64,000 nucleotides of DNA. Source: an uncultured Candidatus Saccharibacteria bacterium (GTDB lineage: Bacteria; Patescibacteriota; Minisyncoccia; Phycocordibacterales; UBA9988). Shown in pieces: positions 21,752 to 32,666 of this stretch; position 1 is the stretch's first letter; every line of letters begins with the position of its first letter. The translations under genes and the position numbers were made by a program. The stretch lies in assembly GCA_964401135.1 (NCBI GenBank), contig CAYNXC010000002.1, forward strand, positions 16,457-80,456, given 5' to 3'. Under the pieces are notes generated by a model. It was not told the origin of the DNA and ran no database searches. It saw nothing but the letters and a program-made list of their open reading frames with translations.

Positions 21752-22916
21752 ATCGCGTGTCAGTAAGTGATAGAGCGAAGCGGATACTTACAAGGAGTAC
21801 TACGCCGAGTATAAAAAAGAGTGAGGGGATGAGCGTAACGGTAAGTACAAGCGCGGCAAGGAGCGGTGCAATGACATACGAGAGCGGCATCATATTCCGT
21901 GAGAGAGCAATGATTGCGGTATCGTGTCCATCAACATGCTTAAAGAGGTAACTCTCCTTCATCACCTCTAAGAAGCTTGCCCCAACGCGCGAAAGAAAGA
22001 GTATCCCCATCCACACGAGCACACTGCTTGAGTCGGTAGACCACACAAGAAAGCTTGCAAAAGACATCATCAAGAGTCCCGCAACCATAAACTCTTGTTC
22101 ACCAGTGTAGCGGTCTGCCAAGCTCCCCAATACATACTGAAAGAGGACAAAGGGAGTGAGCATCACTGTGAAGATGAGTCCGAGTTGTTCCCACGAGAGG
22201 CCGAGCGAGCGCAGGTAGAGAGGAATGTAGATAACCATAATGGCGTAGAACACATTGAGCATGAGATCCAAGAGGAGCGCGTTGTAAACATTTCGCGTGT
22301 GGCCAGTACGGCCTCGGATGATGCGCATAAACGCTCGCGCGAGAGAAGGGGTGTGGATCGGGGCACCTTCTTTTCCGTCTCGCGTGGTACTCCACAAAGC
22401 AATGAGCGTGGCGATGAGTGCCATACTTGCGGCTGTAAGGTACACGAGCGAGATCGTCTGTGTTGCAAGCACTCCTGCGAGAAAAGGGGAGAGAAGCCAC
22501 GCTGTATTGACGACGGTGAGGTAAAGCCCGCGTATCCTACCCGTCTTAGTATCTACCGAGAGTTGTTCAAGCCGTAGATCTAACGAGAACATCGTGATTA
22601 TGCCAAGCGCATAGAAGACGATGAAGGCAAGGGTTGAGAAAAGAGGAGAAGTAGAGCCGTAGAGTACCAGGAGCGCCGCTGCCGTCGCTACCATCAAGAG
22701 CGTTGCTAAGTGTTGGACGCCAAGTTTGGTAAGGATGTGCGGGAGCGCGCTCATAGAGACGATAGTGATGAGCGCGGCGATCGTGTACACATAGCCGACT
22801 ACAGTCTCACCAACAAGCGGAGAGAGGTATGAGGAGCCAACATAAGCAGAGAGTGCCATGGTGGCCGCAAAGAAAAAACCAGTCACATGGAGCAGGGAAA
22901 TATTTTTTGAACGCAT
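21750..22916 (-). CDS. MFS transporter
   Basis: 12 predicted TM helices, MFS-like loop motifs. Confidence 0.75.
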   Translation of the reverse strand: MRSKNISLLHVTGFFFAATMALSAYVGSSYLSPLVGETVVGYVYTIAALITIVSMSALPHILTKLGVQHLATLLMVATAAALLVLYGSTSPLFSTLAFIVFYALGIITMFSLDLRLEQLSVDTKTGRIRGLYLTVVNTAWLLSPFLAGVLATQTISLVYLTAASMALIATLIALWSTTRDGKEGAPIHTPSLARAFMRIIRGRTGHTRNVYNALLLDLMLNVFYAIMVIYIPLYLRSLGLSWEQLGLIFTVMLTPFVLFQYVLGSLADRYTGEQEFMVAGLLMMSFASFLVWSTDSSSVLVWMGILFLSRVGASFLEVMKESYLFKHVDGHDTAIIALSRNMMPLSYVIAPLLAALVLTVTLIPSLFFILGVVLLVSIRFALSLTDTR

Positions 22917-22924
22917 CTCCCTTA

Positions 22925-24760
22925 TTATACTTCAATCAGGACCGGTAGGATGATAGGCCGCTTGTGAGTTTCTTGGAAGAGGAGTCTGCCAACACTCTCG
23001 CGTACCTCGTTACGCACATAATCAAAGTTGATTGGATGCTGTCGTTCTGTAGCAGATTCAATAGTCTTTTTTACCAGGAAGCGCACCTTACGCAAGAGGT
23101 CTTGTGACTCTTTGAGGTACACAAAGCCGCGAGAAATAATGTCAGGAGACTTGCGCACTTTACCCGTCTTCAAGTTGATAATGGCGACAATCATAAAGAT
23201 GCCTTCTTCAGAAAGCATCTGCCGGTCGCGGATCACGACATCCTTTACATCTCCGGTGCCGAGGCTGTCTAACATCACAATTCCTGCGGAGGCGTTCTCT
23301 TTGCGTTTGATAATGCGCTTACCCCCATCGGTAATTTCAATCACACTACCGTTGTCTGGCACGATGATGTTTTTATCGGGCATGCCGAGCCTCTCCGCCA
23401 TATCTGCATGCACACGGAGCATGTGGTGATGTCCGTGCACGGGGATAAAGAAGCGCGCCTGTACCATGGAGTGTACCCACTCCAGCTCACCGCCGTAGGA
23501 GTGGCCCGATGAGTGCACATCAGCAATGTTATTGTGAATGATTTTTGCCCCCTGTCGAGCGAGGTTGTCCTTCAACTTCTGTACAGCCTTCTCATTTCCA
23601 GGGATTACCGAGGAGGAAAGAAGGATCACATCACCGCGCTTTAACTTGACCGTCTTGTGCTGACGGTTAGCAATGCGCATGAGCGCCGCATACTCGTCGC
23701 CCTGCGCGCCCGTCGCCAGTACAATAATTTTATTGTCCGGATAGTTCTGCATCTCCTCTGCTGGAATGATGGTGCCGCGCCGGATTGAGAGGAGTCCGAG
23801 CTCTTTTGCAATCTCTACATTTGTTTTCATAGAACGACCTTCCACAACAATCTTCTTTCCCATCTCTTCTGCGTCTTTGATGATGAAGATGATGCGCTCT
23901 AAGAGTGAGGCGAAGGTACCCACAATGAGCCGTCCCGTTGCCTCAGAGAGTATTTTGTGAAGGTTGATGTGCACATCACGCTCGGAATAGGAGAAGCCTG
24001 GCTTCTCAACATTAGTTGAGTCGGCGATGAGGAGAAGATTTTTTTCTTTTCCAATCTTCCCATAAGTCTCTACTTCGTTGGGCTCCGGTGTGCCGTTTTT
24101 GTGATCTATTTTAATGTCACCAGTTATGACGATGTCCCCGTAGGGGGTATGCATAATGACGCCGATAGTGTCGGGGATGGTGTGTGTGGTACCGAAGAAT
24201 GAGAGAGAAAAGCTCTTTCCAATACGCAGTGATTCTCCTGCGGCAACTACCTCTATGGCGAGCTTAGGGAGGTGAGGGAACTCCTCTTGCCGCTTCTTAA
24301 TCATCACTGCGGTGAGGAGTGTGGTATAGATAGGAGGGTTACCAATCTTCCCGATAACAAAAGGGATGCCACCGATGTGATCCAGATGCCCATGGGTGAT
24401 GACAACCCCCTTTACCATAGACTTACGCTCTTCAAGGTAGGAGGTGCCGGGTACAATGTAGTCAACCCCCGGCGTCTGCTCGTCGGGGAATTGCACACCA
24501 ATATCTACCACAATAATCTCATCGCCAAACTCAATGGCGGTCATATTTTTGCCAATCTCTTCTACACCTCCTAATGGAATGATACGGATGTCTCCGTGGG
24601 CAAGCTTAGGTATTGGGGCTTTCTTACGCTCCTTAGGCCCCCTCTCTTCATCATTGTTGACACTGTAATCGGATGGGTTGCTCCCGTGAGCGGCAGTCTT
24701 TCGCATTATATGCGGAGAGGAGCGCCGCATGCGCCGTTCTTTCTGTTGTTCTTTTTCCAT
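22925..24760 (-). CDS. rnj: Ribonuclease J (metallo-beta-lactamase/beta-CASP), with basic N-terminal extension
   Basis: HGHLDHIG motif, beta-CASP region, RNase J C-terminal domain; first ~50 aa Lys/Arg-rich. Confidence 0.85.
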   Translation of the reverse strand: MEKEQQKERRMRRSSPHIMRKTAAHGSNPSDYSVNNDEERGPKERKKAPIPKLAHGDIRIIPLGGVEEIGKNMTAIEFGDEIIVVDIGVQFPDEQTPGVDYIVPGTSYLEERKSMVKGVVITHGHLDHIGGIPFVIGKIGNPPIYTTLLTAVMIKKRQEEFPHLPKLAIEVVAAGESLRIGKSFSLSFFGTTHTIPDTIGVIMHTPYGDIVITGDIKIDHKNGTPEPNEVETYGKIGKEKNLLLIADSTNVEKPGFSYSERDVHINLHKILSEATGRLIVGTFASLLERIIFIIKDAEEMGKKIVVEGRSMKTNVEIAKELGLLSIRRGTIIPAEEMQNYPDNKIIVLATGAQGDEYAALMRIANRQHKTVKLKRGDVILLSSSVIPGNEKAVQKLKDNLARQGAKIIHNNIADVHSSGHSYGGELEWVHSMVQARFFIPVHGHHHMLRVHADMAERLGMPDKNIIVPDNGSVIEITDGGKRIIKRKENASAGIVMLDSLGTGDVKDVVIRDRQMLSEEGIFMIVAIINLKTGKVRKSPDIISRGFVYLKESQDLLRKVRFLVKKTIESATERQHPINFDYVRNEVRESVGRLLFQETHKRPIILPVLIEV

Positions 24761-24766
24761 ATCTAC

Positions 24767-26464
24767 TTAATTGTAATAGTTTGCAAATATCTTCCAGACG
24801 CGATCGCTTGCGTAGTGCCACTCACTGACGCGAGAGAAGCGATCTGAAGGTGTGGTGATGGGCGGCAGGGCGACTCCTTTGAGAGAGTCAGGTATGATAT
24901 AAATAAATTGTGGAGCGTAGAGGAAGATAGCTGGTGTCTCTTCGCGAATGATTGCCTGAAACTCCTCTATTTTTTTGCTCCGCTCGATATTATCAGAGAT
25001 GCCGCGAGCTTTTTCTAATAATGTATCAGTGGAGGCGTTCGTGTAGAGGGCGATATTTAACCCTGGATCTAGGCGCTGAGATGAATGCCAGAAAGAGAAT
25101 GGGTCTGGATTTCTCCCCACGACCTCACCAAAAAGGAGCGCATCGTACTTGCGTGGGCGGATGACGAGATTTTTCAGATCACTCTCCTCATAGTATTGCG
25201 TACGCACTGAGACGCCGATACTTTCCCACGCCTCTTTCAAAAGCTCCGCACTTGCTTTGAGTTCAGGTATGTTTGAAGTGTCTAAAGTAAACTCTAATGT
25301 CTCTGTCCCACTCTTGCTTGTCTTTGCGCGGACGCCGTTTGCGTTAAGGACCCATCCATTTTTTTCTAGGAGCTCCTCCGCTTCTCTTACTTGCACAGAA
25401 TCCACAGTACTTGAGCTTGTATATCCGAGCGACCCTGGTGGGATAGGTCCATCAATCTCCACTCCATAGCCGTAGAGTACCTCGTTCACGATGCGTGTGC
25501 GTGGTGCTACGAGGGAGAGCGCTTCGCGGACTTCTGTATGGGTAAAGATTGGTGCCTCGCTCTGATTAACAAAGACGCCAAAAATACGAGGGAGCGGTGC
25601 CGTGCGCACTGAGATACCACGCTTCGCAATCGCTCGTGCTATGTCAGGGGAGACTGCCCCCATACTCTCAATATCTCCTTTCTCGTAGGCGGCGATTATG
25701 TCCTCACTCTTCCCATAAAAGCGGATCGTGATAGCAATCTTCGCATCGTCATGCACAGTCCGCTGTGCAGGTACAAGCTCGTAACTGGTAGGGATACCAT
25801 TATTATCTCTGGTGACAGAGGCTACTTTGTATGGCCCAGAACCTATAGGGACGACATTGTGCTCACTGAATTGGAATTGTTCCGCATCTACTCCTGCCCA
25901 CTTATGTTTTGGGAGTATGCCCATCGTCGTATTTTCTAAAAAGCTGGCGTACGGTTGGCGTAAGGTGAACTCAACCGTGTGAACATCTATCTTAGCAACG
26001 GTCACTCCTTCCCAACTTGCGCGCTTGGGGCTCTTAATACTTGAATCTAATGCTTTTTGTACTGTAAATACAACATCGTCGGCAGTAACTGGCTCGCCAT
26101 CATGCCACTTCTCGCCTTTTTTTAAGGTGAAGATGTAACTGGTGCCGTTGGGGCCTATTGTCACCTTTTCTGCGAGATCGGGTTCTAGGCTCCCGTCCTC
26201 GCGTACACGCATCAGTCCTGAGTATACAAGAGCGGTAAGATCACGGTCTGCATCAGATGCGGCAAGCACGGGGTTGATAAAGTGTGGGATGCCGATGACT
26301 CCCTCAATGAGGACCCCGTCTGTGATTGGTACTTCAATAAGTGCGTATTGATTCAGCTTCCACAAGAATCCGAGCAAGCTTACGACCGCGAGTGTTGCGA
26401 GTGAGAAAAGGCCAACCCGACCGTAAAGGCCGAATGATTGATTAACTGTGTGTATCTCAGCCAT
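24767..26464 (-). CDS. ABC transporter substrate-binding protein, family 5 (peptide/nickel OppA/DppA-like), membrane-anchored (track ORF extends to 26590)
   Basis: N-terminal TM (LFSLATLAVVSLLGFLW) then SBP_bac_5-like domain; start chosen at ATG 26464 (MAEIH). Confidence 0.7.
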   Translation of the reverse strand: MAEIHTVNQSFGLYGRVGLFSLATLAVVSLLGFLWKLNQYALIEVPITDGVLIEGVIGIPHFINPVLAASDADRDLTALVYSGLMRVREDGSLEPDLAEKVTIGPNGTSYIFTLKKGEKWHDGEPVTADDVVFTVQKALDSSIKSPKRASWEGVTVAKIDVHTVEFTLRQPYASFLENTTMGILPKHKWAGVDAEQFQFSEHNVVPIGSGPYKVASVTRDNNGIPTSYELVPAQRTVHDDAKIAITIRFYGKSEDIIAAYEKGDIESMGAVSPDIARAIAKRGISVRTAPLPRIFGVFVNQSEAPIFTHTEVREALSLVAPRTRIVNEVLYGYGVEIDGPIPPGSLGYTSSSTVDSVQVREAEELLEKNGWVLNANGVRAKTSKSGTETLEFTLDTSNIPELKASAELLKEAWESIGVSVRTQYYEESDLKNLVIRPRKYDALLFGEVVGRNPDPFSFWHSSQRLDPGLNIALYTNASTDTLLEKARGISDNIERSKKIEEFQAIIREETPAIFLYAPQFIYIIPDSLKGVALPPITTPSDRFSRVSEWHYASDRVWKIFANYYN

Positions 26465-26528
26465 CGTCGGCAGTAGACGCCGAGGGGCTTCTTTCTCTAT
26501 AGTGTTCACAAGTAGAAAAACGGTGCGT

Positions 26529-26774
26529 CTAGCGAGCCAGATAGTTGATGAGCTCCGGCGCGAGCGCAGAGAGGGCAAACAAAACTGCAATTACTATTGT
26601 AGCAATAAACATAACTTTCTCAATACCGCGTTTGCGAAAGTTGGGACCGCTTGAATCTCCACCGCCAAATGCCGATCCAAGCCCCGCCTCGTTTTGCTGA
26701 AGCAGAATAGCTCCGATCATTAAAACCGAGAGTGCAACCTGAATCCACGGGAGTAGCGGGATGAGACTAGACAT
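26529..26774 (-). CDS. secG: Preprotein translocase subunit SecG
   Basis: 81 aa, two TMs flanking GGGDSSGPNF-type Gly-rich loop. Confidence 0.7.
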   Translation of the reverse strand: MSSLIPLLPWIQVALSVLMIGAILLQQNEAGLGSAFGGGDSSGPNFRKRGIEKVMFIATIVIAVLFALSALAPELINYLAR

Positions 26775-26801
26775 GTTGGGTGTACATTAGCAGAGAGAAA
26801 G

Positions 26802-26829
26802 TTGACAGTCAACCATTGCTCATTATAAT
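26802..26829 (+). promoter_or_regulatory. Sigma70-like promoter TTGACA-16-TATAAT upstream of groES
   Basis: ttgacagtcaaccattgctcattataat; no canonical CIRCE (TTAGCACTC-N9-GAGTGCTAA) found. Confidence 0.5.
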
Positions 26830-26872
26830 ACGAGTGCTTACGAGGTAATTACTAGTATAATATAAGCACACT

Positions 26873-27187
26873 ATGGCACAAAAAATACATATCAAACCAC
26901 TCGGAGACCGCGTTCTTGTTGAGCCGCTTAAGGAGGACGATAAGGGAGGTAAGACCAAGGGGGGGATCATTATCCCAGAGACTGTGAGTAAGGAGCGTCC
27001 AGAAGAAGGGCGCATCGTTGCGTGCGGTGAAGGGAAGCGCGGAGATGACGGAGTATTGGTCCCGCTTTCCGTACGGAATGGGGATAGAATTATTTTTTCA
27101 AAGTATGGACCGGATGAAATAAAGGTTGACGGGAAGGAATACTTGATCGTGAGCGAGTCGAATATTTTAGCAATCATTGGAGAGTAA
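26873..27187 (+). CDS. groES: Co-chaperonin GroES
   Basis: IKPLGDRVLVEP...GGIIIPE mobile loop. Confidence 0.9.
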   Translation: MAQKIHIKPLGDRVLVEPLKEDDKGGKTKGGIIIPETVSKERPEEGRIVACGEGKRGDDGVLVPLSVRNGDRIIFSKYGPDEIKVDGKEYLIVSESNILAIIGE

Positions 27188-27209
27188 GATAGACGCAGAT
27201 CAAAAATTT

Positions 27210-28871
27210 ATGGCGAAACAAATACTATTCAATAATAATGCTCGCAAATCCCTTAAGAAGGGGATAGATACACTTGCTGAGGCAGTCAAGATGACCCTCG
27301 GCCCCCGTGGTCGTGCGGTGGTCATTGATAAGGGTTACGGTGCACCACAGGTCACCTTGGATGGAGTAACGGTTGCAAAGGCGATAGAACTTGAAGATAA
27401 GTTTGAGAATGTAGGCGCCGATCTCATCAAGCAAGCGGCAGACAAGACAAACGATAAAGTTGGTGACGGGACGACCACCTCGGTGGTACTTGCTCAGGCC
27501 ATTATTGAGGGTGGAGAGAAGGCGGTTGCCGAGAAAGGATTTAATGTGATCCACCTCGCTGACGAACTGATGCGAGAGAGTGAGTCAGTGATTGCCGCAC
27601 TAGAGGATCAGAGCGAGTCAATTGATGACACGAAGAAAATTGAGGAAGTAGCCACACTCTCGTCAAAAGATTCTGACATCGGCAAGCTTATTGCTGATGT
27701 GATCAAGAAGGTTGGTAAGGACGGCGTGGTGACAATTGAGGACTCTAACACGGGGCTCAACTCATCTGAGCTGGTGGAGGGTATGCAGTTTGATAAGGGT
27801 TATGCCTCTCCATATATGATTACTAATCCTGACCGAATGGATGCGGAGTACGAGGATCCATATATTCTTATCACAGATAAAAAGATCTCTGCTATTAAAG
27901 AGATACTTCCACTCCTTGAGTCGCTCGCTCAGAAGGGGAAAAAGGATTTGGTGATTATTGCTGATGATGTGGATGGCGAAGCTTTGACCACACTCATTGT
28001 GAACAAACTTCGTGGCACCTTTAACGCACTTGCGGTGAAGGCGCCTGCCTTTGGTGATCGCAAAAAGGAGATGCTAGCAGACATCGCAGTACTCACGGGT
28101 GGGAAGGTTGTCTCTGAGGACATAGGTTTGAAATTGGAGAACATTGATATGTCGGTACTCGGTCGCGCACACCGGGTAATCTCTACCAAGGACTCCACAA
28201 CCATCGTGGGCGGTAAGGGGAAGAAGAGTGATGTTGAGGAGCGTTCTCTTGCCATCAAAAAGCAGATAGAGAATACAGAGTCAACCTACGACAAGGAGAA
28301 GTTGCAAGAGCGCCTCGGCAAACTCTCGGGTGGTGTTGCGGTGATTAAAGTGGGTGCGCCAACAGAGTCGGCACAAAAGGAGCTCAAACAGCGCGTGGAG
28401 GATGCCGTTGCGGCAACTAAGGCGGCTATGGAGGAGGGAATTATCCCCGGAGGTGGTATTGCACTCTTTAATGTGGTACTCGGCCTCACAGAAGAAAAGA
28501 CTCCAGACACGATTAACGCCTATGCGCGGATGATACTACGCCGAGCGGCCGAGTCACCTATCATCGCTATTTTTGAAAATAGTGGTGAGGATCCAAAGAA
28601 GTGGATGAAGGAGCTCGCAGAGCGGAAGTCTACGATGAAGGGGAAGGCGGAGCGCTCATGGATCGGATTTAACGCCAAGAGTAACACGGTAGAAGATCTG
28701 AAAAAGGCGGGAATCATTGACCCTCTTAAGGTCACGAAGACTGCCTTTAGAAATGCGGTCTCGGTGGCATCTAACTATCTCACCATCGGCGCGGCCGTTA
28801 CCGACATCCCTAAAAAAGAAGAGCCATCGCACGGCCATGGCGGTGGTATGGGTGGCGGGATGGATTACTAG
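27210..28871 (+). CDS. groL: Chaperonin GroEL (track ORF begins 27177)
   Basis: [15 protein letters not shown]..., C-terminal GGMGGGMDY. Confidence 0.9.
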   Translation: MAKQILFNNNARKSLKKGIDTLAEAVKMTLGPRGRAVVIDKGYGAPQVTLDGVTVAKAIELEDKFENVGADLIKQAADKTNDKVGDGTTTSVVLAQAIIEGGEKAVAEKGFNVIHLADELMRESESVIAALEDQSESIDDTKKIEEVATLSSKDSDIGKLIADVIKKVGKDGVVTIEDSNTGLNSSELVEGMQFDKGYASPYMITNPDRMDAEYEDPYILITDKKISAIKEILPLLESLAQKGKKDLVIIADDVDGEALTTLIVNKLRGTFNALAVKAPAFGDRKKEMLADIAVLTGGKVVSEDIGLKLENIDMSVLGRAHRVISTKDSTTIVGGKGKKSDVEERSLAIKKQIENTESTYDKEKLQERLGKLSGGVAVIKVGAPTESAQKELKQRVEDAVAATKAAMEEGIIPGGGIALFNVVLGLTEEKTPDTINAYARMILRRAAESPIIAIFENSGEDPKKWMKELAERKSTMKGKAERSWIGFNAKSNTVEDLKKAGIIDPLKVTKTAFRNAVSVASNYLTIGAAVTDIPKKEEPSHGHGGGMGGGMDY

Positions 28872-28906
28872 CCCGAATATCAAACACTCGGTGTTTGATA
28901 GAAAAA

Positions 28907-28933
28907 GCTCCTGTTGAACAGGAGCTTTTTTGG
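28907..28933 (+). terminator. Rho-independent terminator after groEL
   Basis: agctcctg-ttcaa-caggagct followed by tttttt; second perfect palindrome atcaaacactcggtgtttgat just upstream. Confidence 0.6.
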
Positions 28934-29071
28934 TATGATATGGTATAATACAGGCATTAGTAGCAGAGTGGCTCTTGTGACTGTCTCTGATTTTGCGTCT
29001 CCCAATCAACAGCGGACGCTTGTCGGATCAGACCTTGGTACAGTCCGATTTATTAAATAATTAGCATAGTC

Positions 29072-29629
29072 ATGTCACCCACATATATCATTCTCGGGCT
29101 ACTTGCGGTCATTATCATCGCGATCGCTATTGTATACAACAGCCTAGTGCGGCTCGCAACGCGCACCAAGGAGGCCTGGGCCGACATTGAGGTCCAACTA
29201 AAACGACGCTACGACCTCATCCCTAATCTTGTCAGCACCGTGAAGGGCTACGCCTCACACGAGTCAGCCACTTTTGAGAAGGTGACGGAAGCGCGCACCA
29301 AGGCCATGAGCGCGCAGACGCCGGCCGAGCACGGCGCAGCAGAGAATATGCTCTCTGGCGCCCTTAAGAGCATATTTGCTCTCTCGGAGGCCTACCCCGA
29401 CTTGAAGGCGAACCAGAACTTCCTAGAGCTCCAACGCGAGCTTGCCGACACGGAGAACAAGGTCCAGGCGGCGCGCCGCTTCTATAATGGCAATGTGCGT
29501 GACCTCAACATCAAGATCGATTCTTTCCCTAGTAATCTGATTGCGGGGAGCTTTGGTTTTACCAAGCAGGAATTCTTTGATATTCCCGACAACGACGCGG
29601 CTCAACAGCCGGTGGAGGTAAAATTTTAA
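29072..29629 (+). CDS. lemA: LemA family membrane protein
   Basis: N-terminal TM then LemA-like helical domain. Confidence 0.8.
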   Translation: MSPTYIILGLLAVIIIAIAIVYNSLVRLATRTKEAWADIEVQLKRRYDLIPNLVSTVKGYASHESATFEKVTEARTKAMSAQTPAEHGAAENMLSGALKSIFALSEAYPDLKANQNFLELQRELADTENKVQAARRFYNGNVRDLNIKIDSFPSNLIAGSFGFTKQEFFDIPDNDAAQQPVEVKF

Positions 29630-29631
29630 GT

Positions 29632-31539
29632 ATGGATGCGCGTAACACTCTTGTTACGCTTGCCGTCTCGGCTCTATCTCTGTGCGCATTTACTGTTTCT
29701 GCACAGGAGAACCGGCAGTACTGGTATAACGCAATAGATACGCGTATTGAAGTGAATGCCGACTCTACACTCTCGGTTGAAGAGCGGCAGAACTATCGCT
29801 ACGAAGGTGAGTACCATAAGGGCTGGCGCTCCATTGCTCTCAAAGACATTAGTTATATCTCTGAAGTTGAAGTCTATGACGGAGCGACAGGAAAAAAATT
29901 ACAATGGAGCTCATCAAGACTTGATAAGACGAATCCAAACAGCTGGGGGCATTACACCACATACAAAGGGAATGGCGCACAGGTAATTGAGTGGTACTAC
30001 AATCTACGCGACACTTCTCACATCTGGGTACTGCGCTACACTGTGCATGGAGCAATCACATTTGGAACGCAGTTTGACCGCCTCTACTACAACCTTTTTA
30101 CCGACTACGATGTGCCAGTACACACTGCGTCGGCAAGCATCATACTTCCGCAAGGACTCTCAAGCAGAGATGCACTCTACGCATACCGTGATGGAGTAAA
30201 TAAGTCTCTGATAAACAAATCTGTAGAGCAGACGGGCGCTTCCGATGTGTATGTCGTCAATGGAGCACTCTTTGATCCAGGAGCAGACTTTACCATTGAT
30301 CTCTCGTGGCAGAAGGGTTATGTGCTGCGGTCAGCGTTTTGGAAGGATTGGTTTGCCCACAATTATGGGTATGTACTCGGGAGTCTTATTGTGCTTTTCT
30401 CTATTCTCTACTGGATTGTCTACTTTGTGCGTAAGGAAGTGTTACCAAAGGGCCGCGGTACCATCATCCCACAGTATGAGCCACCGCGTGGCTTGCGTCC
30501 TGCGCTTGCCGAGCTTTTGATAAAAGAGGGGGTATCACGGCGAACTTGGCCAGCGACCATCGTTGATCTTGCTGTGCGGGGTTATGTGGAAATCAAAGAG
30601 GAAAAGGGGCGGACAATAGTAAAAAATATTTCTTTACTCATTATAGTGATAGCTCTAGCGGTGCTTGCTATCGCTAGTTTTAATCCCTTTTACTTTGTGA
30701 TGTTTGTAGTTGTTGCAATCTATTTTTTCAAAACAGGACTTAAATATAGCTCGCAGTACGAAGTTAAAGGCATAAAACCATATGAGACCGATATGCAATT
30801 AGAGTCGTATGAGCAATCATTTCTTAAAACACTTTTTTCTTTGAATGACGAAAATGTTTTTCGCACCAAAGATCTCACGAGTATGCACTTCAACACGGCT
30901 AAGTATGTGCAGTTTGGAGAAGATATGCAGAAACTCCCCCAAGTATTGAAAGACAGAGCAGGCCAAGAAGCATGGTTTGCCGTGGACTTTAAAAAAGAAG
31001 GGAAGGGTCAGGGGATTGGCTGGTTTCTTGTTTCTGCCGCCATTGTACTCACTATCTATTTTTGGAATTCCGATTTTGTGCAGATAGCGGAAATTGTCTC
31101 ATCCGTATTAATTCTTTGTGCGGCAATATTTTTCCTCGCCCCCTCCGAGGCACGGCTCTCGCAGGAGGGGAGGGAACTGCGTGAGGAGTGGCTTGGCTTT
31201 AAACTCTACTTGGAGACTGCCGAGCGCTATCGTCTGCAAAATCTTACTCCCGACTTGTTTGAAAAATTCTTGCCCTACGCTATTGTTTTTGGAATTGAGA
31301 AGAAGTGGGCCAAGGCCTTTGAGGGGATGCAGGTCCCACCACCCTCGTGGTACCATGGAGCCCTGGTTGCGGGGAGTATGGGGGATGGCGTATCTGGTGC
31401 GGGCTTCTCGGCAAGCGCGTTTAGCTCCAGCTTCTCGTCATCATTTGCAAGCGCCTTCTCATCCTCCGCGGGGAGTGGCGCCTCGGGAGGGGGCGGAGCT
31501 GGTGGTGGTGGGGGAGGTGGGGGTGGCGGCGCAAGTTAA
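29632..31539 (+). CDS. DUF2207-type membrane protein (LemA partner) with C-terminal poly-Gly tail
   Basis: Signal peptide, extracellular domain, multiple TMs, tail SGASGGGGAGGGGGGGGGGAS; conserved lemA-DUF2207 adjacency. Confidence 0.7.
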   Translation: MDARNTLVTLAVSALSLCAFTVSAQENRQYWYNAIDTRIEVNADSTLSVEERQNYRYEGEYHKGWRSIALKDISYISEVEVYDGATGKKLQWSSSRLDKTNPNSWGHYTTYKGNGAQVIEWYYNLRDTSHIWVLRYTVHGAITFGTQFDRLYYNLFTDYDVPVHTASASIILPQGLSSRDALYAYRDGVNKSLINKSVEQTGASDVYVVNGALFDPGADFTIDLSWQKGYVLRSAFWKDWFAHNYGYVLGSLIVLFSILYWIVYFVRKEVLPKGRGTIIPQYEPPRGLRPALAELLIKEGVSRRTWPATIVDLAVRGYVEIKEEKGRTIVKNISLLIIVIALAVLAIASFNPFYFVMFVVVAIYFFKTGLKYSSQYEVKGIKPYETDMQLESYEQSFLKTLFSLNDENVFRTKDLTSMHFNTAKYVQFGEDMQKLPQVLKDRAGQEAWFAVDFKKEGKGQGIGWFLVSAAIVLTIYFWNSDFVQIAEIVSSVLILCAAIFFLAPSEARLSQEGRELREEWLGFKLYLETAERYRLQNLTPDLFEKFLPYAIVFGIEKKWAKAFEGMQVPPPSWYHGALVAGSMGDGVSGAGFSASAFSSSFSSSFASAFSSSAGSGASGGGGAGGGGGGGGGGAS

Positions 31540-31544
31540 AACAT

Positions 31545-32429
31545 ATGTACAAATCATACGATAGCAATGTGCGGATGACCTGGCTCTTAATGACAGTATT
31601 CTTGCTCGTGGTGATAGGGATTGGCTTCTCTTTTGCACAAGTCTACGGTGATCCGGCAATCCTCTACGGCGCAGTACTCTTTGCGCTCATAATGAACTTT
31701 TTCTCATACTGGTACTCGGACAAAATTGTGCTCTCTATCTCTGGTGCGCGCCCCGCAGATAAAGAGACCTACTGGGATCTCTACACGGTGACAGAGAATC
31801 TTGCCATCACTGCCGGCATCCCAATGCCAAAGCTCTATGTGATCCCCGATGCGGCACCGAATGCCTTTGCAACAGGGCGTAATAAGGAGCACGCGGCGGT
31901 TGCGGTGACGGAGGGGCTCCTGGGGATACTCAATCGGAGCGAGTTGGAAGGTGTGATTGCCCACGAGCTCTCGCATATAAAAAATCGCGACATTCTCCTC
32001 TCCACGATTGTAGTGGTGCTTGTTGGCTTTGTCTCCATTCTCTCCGATATGTTTTTGCGTGGTGCGGTCTGGGGTGGGGGAGATAGAGAGAATCGCGCTG
32101 GTGGCATCTTGGTACTTGCTGGCTTGATACTTGCAATACTTTCTCCCATTGCAGTGACACTCATCCAACTTGCTGTCTCGCGTAAACGAGAGTTCCTCGC
32201 CGATGCCTCTGGTGCGCTCCTCACGCGCTACCCTGAAGGGCTCGCGAGTGCGCTTAAAAAAATATCCAGTTACCCTGGCGAGCTCAAGAGTGCGCGGCAG
32301 GCAACAGCACACCTCTACATCAGCAATCCTTTTAGGGGAAAGCATGTCGCAAAACTTTTTATGACCCATCCGCCGGTAGAAGAGCGTATCCGTGCACTCA
32401 TGGGACTTAAAACCGAGGCCGAAGTTTAG
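31545..32429 (+). CDS. htpX: Zinc metalloprotease HtpX (M48)
   Basis: HELSHIKNRD zinc motif, 4 TMs. Confidence 0.85.
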   Translation: MYKSYDSNVRMTWLLMTVFLLVVIGIGFSFAQVYGDPAILYGAVLFALIMNFFSYWYSDKIVLSISGARPADKETYWDLYTVTENLAITAGIPMPKLYVIPDAAPNAFATGRNKEHAAVAVTEGLLGILNRSELEGVIAHELSHIKNRDILLSTIVVVLVGFVSILSDMFLRGAVWGGGDRENRAGGILVLAGLILAILSPIAVTLIQLAVSRKREFLADASGALLTRYPEGLASALKKISSYPGELKSARQATAHLYISNPFRGKHVAKLFMTHPPVEERIRALMGLKTEAEV

Positions 32430-32503
32430 CTTTGGGATGGTTGCGAGAGCATCAGATAAAAAGGTATAAAGGGGGAGAGGCGTTCAAACGCTTAATAAGC
32501 AAT

Positions 32504-32588
32504 GGAGGGGTCGCATAGAGGCCTAGTGCGCGCGCTTGGAAAGCGCGTAAGGGTTACACCTTCGAGGGTTCGAATCCCTCCCTCTCCG
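32504..32588 (+). tRNA. tRNA-Ser (GGA)
   Basis: GGAGGGGTCGCATAG... anticodon arm CGCGC-ttGGAaa-GCGCG, long variable arm, T arm GAGGGTTCGAATCCCTC, acceptor CCTCTCC. Confidence 0.85.
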
Positions 32589-32666
32589 CACTAAGAACCT
32601 GGTAGTTTTGTGACCCAAGTACCTAAGGTTGTAGGGCGACCCAGGTACCTAGTAATTACCTGGAAA

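Noticed and set aside
26775-26872. Possible CIRCE/HrcA operator upstream of groES
   Set aside because: Only partial matches (TTAGCAgag, GAGTGCTta) at the wrong spacing. No canonical TTAGCACTC-N9-GAGTGCTAA inverted repeat.
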